Shown here: positions 57,001 to 64,000 of the stretch, piece after piece
How the letters are laid out: each line of letters begins with the position of its first letter
Numbering within the stretch: position 1 is the stretch's first letter
Assembly: GCA_973895155.1 (NCBI GenBank)
Contig: OZ316891.1
Coordinates: 16,953,651-17,017,650 of the forward strand
Direction of reading: 5' to 3'
Length of the DNA stretch: 64,000 bases
Source: Marsupella aquatica
Taxonomy: Eukaryota > Plantae > Marchantiophyta
Translations under genes and position numbers: made by a program
Notes under the pieces: model-generated
What the model was told of the DNA's origin: nothing
Database searches by the model: none
What the model saw: only the letters and a program-made list of their open reading frames with translations

Positions 57001-60000
57001 TGAGGTAAGAGTTCAACAACTACATAATTAGTGAATTACTTGACGGAAAATGGAAACACACAATAGTAGCGCCGGGCGCTAGCACAAATCTGCAGAAAGA
57101 TGATAGATAAAACCTACGTTTCCTCCCAGATTGAGTTGACGCACTTGGCATAGCAGTGTCAACTTTAACCTTCCCACGAGGCTTTCGGCTTCTATCGACA
57201 TGAATAACGACTGTCTCGCAGATCTTTTGTAATTCTGTTCCAGACTTGTCGACCTCACCAAGAAGTCCTTGCTTCATCTCAGAGACAATCTTTGGAGGAA
57301 TCTGAGACTTTGCCAATTTTTGAAACCAATCCTTCTCTGTTTCGTCGAAAGGTGAATCCCACTTGTCTGTGTCGAGATACCAAGGGCAGTGGGTTCTTTC
57401 CCATTCGGTCATGGTGCATGGTGGGAATTTTCCCTCTGTTGGATACATTGAATACAATTCCCCAACCTGATCTCCCTCCTTTGCCACAATCCATTTGTGA
57501 AATGCAGCTAGATACGCCCACAATGATTCAGAGGAATGAATCTCTATCCAGATATAGAAACGATCCAAATACCTCTTTGCTCTTTTCTGATTTTTTTCGG
57601 TGTACACCTCCTTATCCGGATATTTTGAAGGCCACATCGTGTTGAAGAACTTCGCCTTGACAAGGTCACTAAACTTTCTAAAATCACCGCAAATAATATC
57701 AATCAGACATTCAATGGAATCACACTTTGACTGAGCAAGCCGATCGACGGGTAGCGTGTCAATGGCAGCCAAAAGTGCCGATTGTAACATCCCAATCGCA
57801 ATACCCTCGACGGTGTTCCAAGTCTGCCAAGTGTGACACCACTGCTTGACTGGATCATCGTTCACGCTTGCAGGGTGGTAGAATTGTTTTCGCAATTCTG
57901 GGGTACAATGAGCCACAAGCAGGGTACACCTAAGTTTTGGGTCAAGAGCGGAAACTACTGTGAATAACCTGGCACGATCCATAGTGCAGACAACACTGTC
58001 TGGTTTCTTCTCGCGCTTGTTCTGCTCTGTTAGTACGTACATCTTTGCACAAGTGCTAAAGAAATCTTCAAACTCAGGGCTAAGGAGAGGAGTTATCTTG
58101 GATGTTTCTTGGACCAATCCTTTGTGGCCTCTTTCAGCATTAGTGCATGCCTCTTTGCAATGTCATCTGGTGCCCATGGATTGCCTTGACTTGCAGCCAA
58201 CGCCATGTCCATCTTGAACTGGTTTGTGTAAGATTTTATTTTGTTTTCACACAAAATGTACACAAGAGCTTCAAGAGGCATCTTTCTGGTGTACCATGAA
58301 TGCTTTCGCATTTTGACTTTAATGTACTCAAATTTTGCAAAATTGGCACTATCTATAATTGACTTGTAGTGCTCCAAATCGTGCGAGAGAATCCACGATG
58401 GTTCGACTACAGCCTGCCCTAACCTGCGATCACAGGAGGTGATTAGCAGCGTCGGGCGCTAGCAAAAACAGTAATACCAAATGCTCAATTCAAATTGTTG
58501 TCGAAATGAGGAACTAGAAAAGGGAAATGAATAAAACCAAAGTTTATGAAGAAATTCTTACTGGTTCACTATGTGCATCGCCGCCTCGATCTGAATTTGG
58601 GAAGCTTTGTCTCCCTTGAAAATCGTACAAAGGACTCTTGGGTGATACTTGACGTTGTCGGGATTCTCCTTGGTGACGATTGTCCAAGAGTAGAGCCGGT
58701 GATTCCCATCAAAAACGCAAAACATTTTGTCTTTCAGGTAATGGAAAGCTGGATCGGCCTCGCATTCCAATTCAAACTTCTCATTCTCTCCAACCCAAAT
58801 GGCGTCCCAACCCTCCCTTATCTCTGGAGTACATATTTGCTCCACACCTTCTGAATCAGTTGGCTAGACGAAGAAGCACATCCCAATCCTCGGATTGTAT
58901 CCACTGCTTCGGAACGAGTCCTTTAATTTCTCAATGGAAGCACTTTCCTTCTGCAAAGTTTGGACCACCTCCATGTGAAGCAAGCAACAAAGTGGGATCC
59001 GTGGCGGTTCCTTCTCTTGCCCGCGAAAATCTTTACCAAACGACATGATGTGTTGTGTAATCACGTCGTCCATCCCTAATCCAACCTCGCTTCCTTCTCC
59101 CATCGCAAAATCGATCACAGTATCCGTATCCATCCTCCCCCTCCTTGGCTTTGGAAATGGCGGCGAAGTGTTCGAAGACGGGATTGCTCCGCTTGAACTT
59201 GTTACTCGACGTGAGTAGACAGACCCAGAAAATGAAGATTTGGTGGACTCGCACTGACCTTGATCTCGGTCAGGAACTGTAGTATATTCTCCTGGAGAGC
59301 TTGGGGCGCTTGAAGGTTGCATCGTGGAGGGCCCAAATACTAGAGGTGGTACTCTCTACACTCACGCTCCTAACAAGATTACCGTACACATAGTGTACAT
59401 CTCACACCTTTAAAACATGACCAACAGAGTGCCGTCTGTGCCTCGTTAAGATGTACGACACGCACAATAGTGAAAATGACCAACCAATCGAATCATGGAC
59501 AAGTGGTCAATACTGGTTGGACATTGGAGATGAGCTCATTCCCTCTTTCGTTGATAAGATCTGACGGGGGACCATCAAGAGTGATCGGTACGTTGGTTTT
59601 GTTACCGTTAAATCTAACCGTTGGATGTTCGAATGAACGATTATATGATACTAGCGCCGGGCGCTATTGACTCTATAACATCATAACATGCCTTTCACGG
59701 TGGTTGAATTGTAAAGATGATGCCAGCGCCAGGCGCTATTTAAATTCAAAACATCCCATTAGAGTCACCAATGTTAAGTTTCATCAAATTGACACGTTTT
59801 ACCTAAATAAAAGTACTTAATTTGGAAATTTCATGGTTTTTGATGAAATTGGGGAATGATAGTGCCTGGTGCTAGTACAAAATAGCTAAATGAATTATTG
59901 CTTTTCGAGGGTTTCGTCGGTAATTATTGGGACAAATATAGTGAATCGAACCCTTGTCTTTTAGTAGCGTCGGGCGCTACTAAATGTTTTCATACGATTT

Positions 60001-62355
60001 AAGTGACATAACCTATGTTATTGATGATAAGTGTCGTTGGCAAAATGACAAATGTCATTTATTTGCATTCCGTAACGACTAGTACCCGTGTTGTCGTTTG
60101 CAAATGATAAGTTAATCAGTAGCGAATTGAGTTCTCTTCACTTATATGAAGCAATGTAATTCCTTTCCTCCCCACATTTTTTGGTGGTTGATTCGTTTTG
60201 CAACATTGTCCAACTATGTCTACATCAGTTGTGATTGTTCGTCCGGATACTGGGGACATTGTTAGCATCCCAGTTGGTTTAGCCAATACTTACAAACAGA
60301 TTAGTGAGAGTTATCTTTGTGGAAGATTTGACATTTCTCTGAATGATATTATTTCGATCAATCCTGAGCATAATTCTGCTGATGAGAAAGGATCAGCAAT
60401 GTTTGATGTTGACGATGGAATTAGATTTTGGCACCTGAATGCTGGCATTAGATACTCGATAATTCTTTGATCGGCTTTAATTTCTGTCGAGAAAGATGGA
60501 AAACTTCCAGCTGTGATTCACATTTCTGACAGTGATGATGAGGATATATTGGCTCCAGTGATGCAGATGTCACCCTCACCAGAGACTTGTATCAAGGCAG
60601 AAGGGACCATTTCGAGCCAGCCATCAATGGCGAGTGTTGTTTATCGTCGGAGTGCGATGGATGCAATTCTTAAATCTACTGGTCATAGTGAACTTTCGCA
60701 GTTTATTCGGACTTGTGATTTTAGGCATGAGCAGGTGAATTGTCTTCCTAGCAAATACAATGGAAATATTGTGTTTGAACTGCCACCCACGGAAGGATTG
60801 CTATCAAAAGGTTCTAGGCTCCGCGATATGGATCGGCCGAAAGACTGCTACTTTTGGACTCGGATCTTTCCAACTTCTACGAATGTGCAACCTAAGAAGT
60901 TGTGGGAATTTGGAAAAGTCACATGCACAGGATCACTTGAATGTCGAAACCAGAAATGTGAGTATCTTTTGCGGAAGAAAATAAGGAATTTGAAGGCTTG
61001 GGATGGTACGCCCAAGCTTGCTGGGCCACACTGCGTAGGAAAGATTATTGAGGATGGTGGGGTAGTATGTCATTACTGCCAACAACTGCCCTTTTGTAAT
61101 GAAGCTTGCACTGCAACGATGTTTTATATGTACCCATAGTTACTTGTAGACTCGGATACCTGTAGTCACATGTCACGTCTCGCTGTGCATGTTGGAACAC
61201 ATGCACATCCCTCTCGAAAAGTGTTTTCTCATGGTGCAAAGAAGATTGCGCAAGACATTATCAAGAAACAACACGAGGCAACGCCGTCTGCCACACCGTC
61301 GGGTCTAAAGAATGCCATAACTGGGTCTTTGCGAAAGGCTCTCTGCGTGTCTAACAATGATATAGAGGAATTGGAGGAGAAAGAAATTTGGGAGTCATTG
61401 ATGGTAGTTTCTTCCCCTCAAAAGTTTGCATCTCTCTTTCGTAGTGTTCGGCAGGATCAAAAAGGTAAGGGCGAGTTAGAGTTTCTAGTTGAAATGCAGA
61501 AATGTATCAACTTTCCCTTTTTACAACGATACATGCTCCCTGGTCAAGGACGTAAGGAGGACAGACCTCATATTTTTAAAATGACGGTAAAGGGACATGG
61601 ATCTGGTGTGGATTTGTTACGCCAAATGCAACCTGGAGGTAGACTCGAAGGGGCCTGGGTAAGTTTTGATGTCATGAGGAGGCTGACAATAGAGTGGATT
61701 ACAATTAGTGCTCACGTTTACGATCACAACTACCGAGCTCTTTGCACAATTTTCACTTGTGAGTTGAAAGCGGAAGATACTGAGTCCTTGGAAAAAGCTT
61801 GGAAATTGATGATTGAGGTTTGCCGTGAGAATGGGTTGGATGATGTAGTGATCCATGGATTCATGGCTGACAATGCTCAAGCTGGATGGAACGCGGTTCG
61901 GAATGTCTTTTTTGGTGGTCATCCTAACCCCGAAAAGGAGCGATCTGACGCATTTCACTTTTATCAATCATTTCATTGACACTCCGTTGAAGGAGTCCTG
62001 GAGGGGAAATGAGAGGAGCACAGCAAGTTGTGGGACTCCTTAAGGAATGCTTCAACTTTTGTTGGAGCGTACAGGATTTCAAGGGATATTGATTTATGGT
62101 GGAGATCTGGGAACTATGTTACAGGAAAACTTCGGATGCTCCAAGGCTGGCTTTCGTGGTGGGTTGTCCGATGGTGTCAATGGGGAAATTTTATTCGTCT
62201 GGTGAGTTTCTTAATCATATTTGTTCCTCATAATTGACATTAATACCAGCGCTCGGCGCTAGCATTACTAAGTCATTCTTCGGATTACCCAGGACTGTTA
62301 TTCCGTTCTATTTGTGAAATTATTTTGATCATATTCATGGTAGCGCCCGGCGCTA
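54027..62355. repeat. Dispersed 15-bp palindrome TAGCGCC-N-GGCGCTA, 14 copies
   Basis: Starts at 54027, 54101, 54341, 55044, 55157, 56259, 57067, 58447, 59652, 59724, 59860, 59965, 62247, 62341, with 0-2 mismatches; one more copy at 50263. Confidence 0.92.
55637..59322 (-). pseudogene. Intron-containing gene: ParB/Srx-like N-terminal domain + beta-class N6A/N4C DNA methyltransferase-like domain
   Basis: ParB-like: IEKLKDSFRSSGY...VFDGNHRLYSW. MTase-like: FLADDGMIAIL and LELITCPGDIVFDWAVGSGSTFVAGDYFGRFVLGVE. GT-AG introns 58561-58424, 57117-57000 and 56304-56214 (first two checked to join in frame). Stop at 58864; frameshifts near 58110 and 56060. Confidence 0.78.
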
Positions 62356-63998
62356 GTTTACTCGTAGCTTTATAATATGATACTGTGGCTCATAATCATA
62401 GTTGACGCTGTTTGGATATTGCTTTATTTAATATGGTTTCAAATACACATTTCCTTAACATTGCTCCTATGTTTAATCCAGGACAAAAGTGTCAAAGAAA
62501 GTGCTATGATTCCCAACTGTACAACTTCGGAAGCGGCCCATTCTATAATGAAAGCTTGGCAAACAAAGAAGAAAGCTGGTCTATTCGAAGCTTGTGAGAT
62601 GGATCAAAACAGAGCATTGTCGCAAGTTGCGGCATATACAGCCTATCGGAGGGGGCTAAATCGTGGTAAGGGGCCTACGATATGGGAATTGGCATTCCGT
62701 TCTACAGATCAAGCTGGTTCTTCCAAACTTTTCCAAGATGCTTCTAATATGCTCCTTTTCGGTGCGGCTGAATTCAACCTGGAAAGGAATGCCCCACTGA
62801 ATGGGGATGTTATGACAAAGTCCATGAAGAGGAAAGGACAAGCCACAGGGAACGTCTCTGCACAAGACTCCCATCGGCATGACACTATTCTGGTAACATC
62901 GCCAAATACTCGTGGTATGAAGAGAAAAAATTTGAATAGGGAGGAGTTCTCCCTGTTGAGCAGACTCCTCCTGTCTGTGAGAATGTTGTGGTGGATATAT
63001 CTGATAGTGATATCGGAGAAGACATTGATTGGACTACTCCACCTTGGAGGAGAACCACCAGGTCTTGTTTGGATCCGCGAGCTGCACCTCCCACTTGTGA
63101 ACGGCCTTTCAATCAGTCGTTAGTGTTGGAGACGGATGTCCGACCTGGTGAATGGCACCTACGAAGAACGACCAAACATGGAGCAGGCCCTCAATGTAAT
63201 GGATCGTTGGGTGGGAGATCAGATCGAGATGAATGTCGCAATCGTCTGAAAAAGGTTGGGTACCCGTCAACAGATGGAGTAGTTGGCATTGTTGTGAAAG
63301 GTCATTGTATATTCAGGGGAGAACCACATCCTGAAATGATTTGGTTTTGTGCGAACAATGCTTGCTATAAGAGTTGGCCACGTCGTAATGTCGTGAATCT
63401 TCCACCATTTCCCTATACGCTTCCTGTTCTGAAAGGGACTAACCTTTCTGAAGCAGAAGTCCAATTCTTGACGGAGAAAGGGGTCCAAATCGGTCGTGAG
63501 GCCGGAACTCAGCATGTTCCATCTCCGTTTGAGTTGCGAATCAATGTAAATGTTTTCCCTGAGAAAATCAATCTCCTAGAGCCAAATATTCGCCTTCGGA
63601 GTAGAAATGGGAAGAATACAATCCCACGATCAAATCTTTCACAAGGTCACTACACGAGAATTGAATCTGCCAGCAAGGAGCCCATGACCCTAATTCGGCA
63701 GTGCGATGTTTCCAACGGGAACTCTTGGGGAAAACAATTTCAAATCCAAACCCATGAGAAACTCCGAACTGCAAAGACGTACTGGATGCAAATTTGCATT
63801 TTCCCGTGTTGTTCTTGTGAGGACTTCTATCATCGCCATTCCCATGGAAGACCCTACATGCCTTGCAAGCACCTATACTGGGTGTATACCAACGTCCTCA
63901 AACTTGATGTCGTGGATTCAACACTGGCTAGTCAGCCGATTCTCACTGTGGGGGAGATTAGGCTCATTCTTGCACGGCAGAATGCTCTGAATTTATAG
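60216..63998 (+). pseudogene. MULE-family DDE transposase with GCM/WRKY-like N-terminal Zn domain and C-terminal SWIM finger
   Basis: CTGSLECRNQKC...CHYC...HVGTHAHP; WVSFDV; FMADNAQAGWNAVRNVF...AFHFYQS; TTSEAAHSIMK; CSCEDF...PCKHLYWV; intron 62202-62481; stops at 60468, 61137 and 61977, plus frameshifts. Confidence 0.85.
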
Positions 63999-64000
63999 GG

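Larger units (their letters stand above)
54027..64000. mobile_element. Large Mutator-like DNA transposon with divergent cargo gene (left terminus not seen; runs off window)
   Basis: Transposase on +, ParB-MTase-like gene on -, with one palindrome family spread across both. Confidence 0.75.

Noticed and set aside
55637-59322. Bacterial or phage contamination explaining the ParB-MTase gene
   Set aside because: GT-AG introns restore the frame, and the gene is embedded among plant transposons next to a MULE transposase.
54027-62355. Palindromic repeats as a CRISPR array or bacterial REP elements
   Set aside because: Copies are dispersed at irregular distances with no spacer structure and no cas genes, and the context has spliceosomal introns.

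Overview
Eukaryotic, plant-type window made entirely of nested transposable elements; no host genes, RNA genes or CRISPR arrays were found. The element types suggest a non-seed land plant such as a liverwort (inference). Left to right: (1) a very young, intact non-chromoviral Ty3/gypsy element 'A' (607-13753, TSD TAACT) with gag-PR, a TGA-CAA-TTA readthrough stop, RT-RH-INT, a duplicated PPT, an extra ORF and a second protease-like ORF. (2) A minus-strand gypsy element 'B' (15824-40254, TSD GGGAG) whose ~4.7-kb LTRs themselves carry a ~1,196-codon ORF. A Bianca-type copia element sits in B's integrase, and two further ORF-bearing solo LTRs (C, then B') are nested in B's 5' LTR. (3) Decayed gypsy remnants, a 5'-truncated L1-like LINE and two MITEs. 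(4) From ~54 kb to the window end, a Mutator-like (GCM-DDE-SWIM) transposase gene head-to-head with an intron-containing ParB-like + amino-methyltransferase-like gene. About 14 copies of a 15-bp palindrome TAGCGCC-N-GGCGCTA are spread across this region, including every intron I could reconstruct. Element letters are my own labels; all homology calls are by-eye motif recognition, not database searches.
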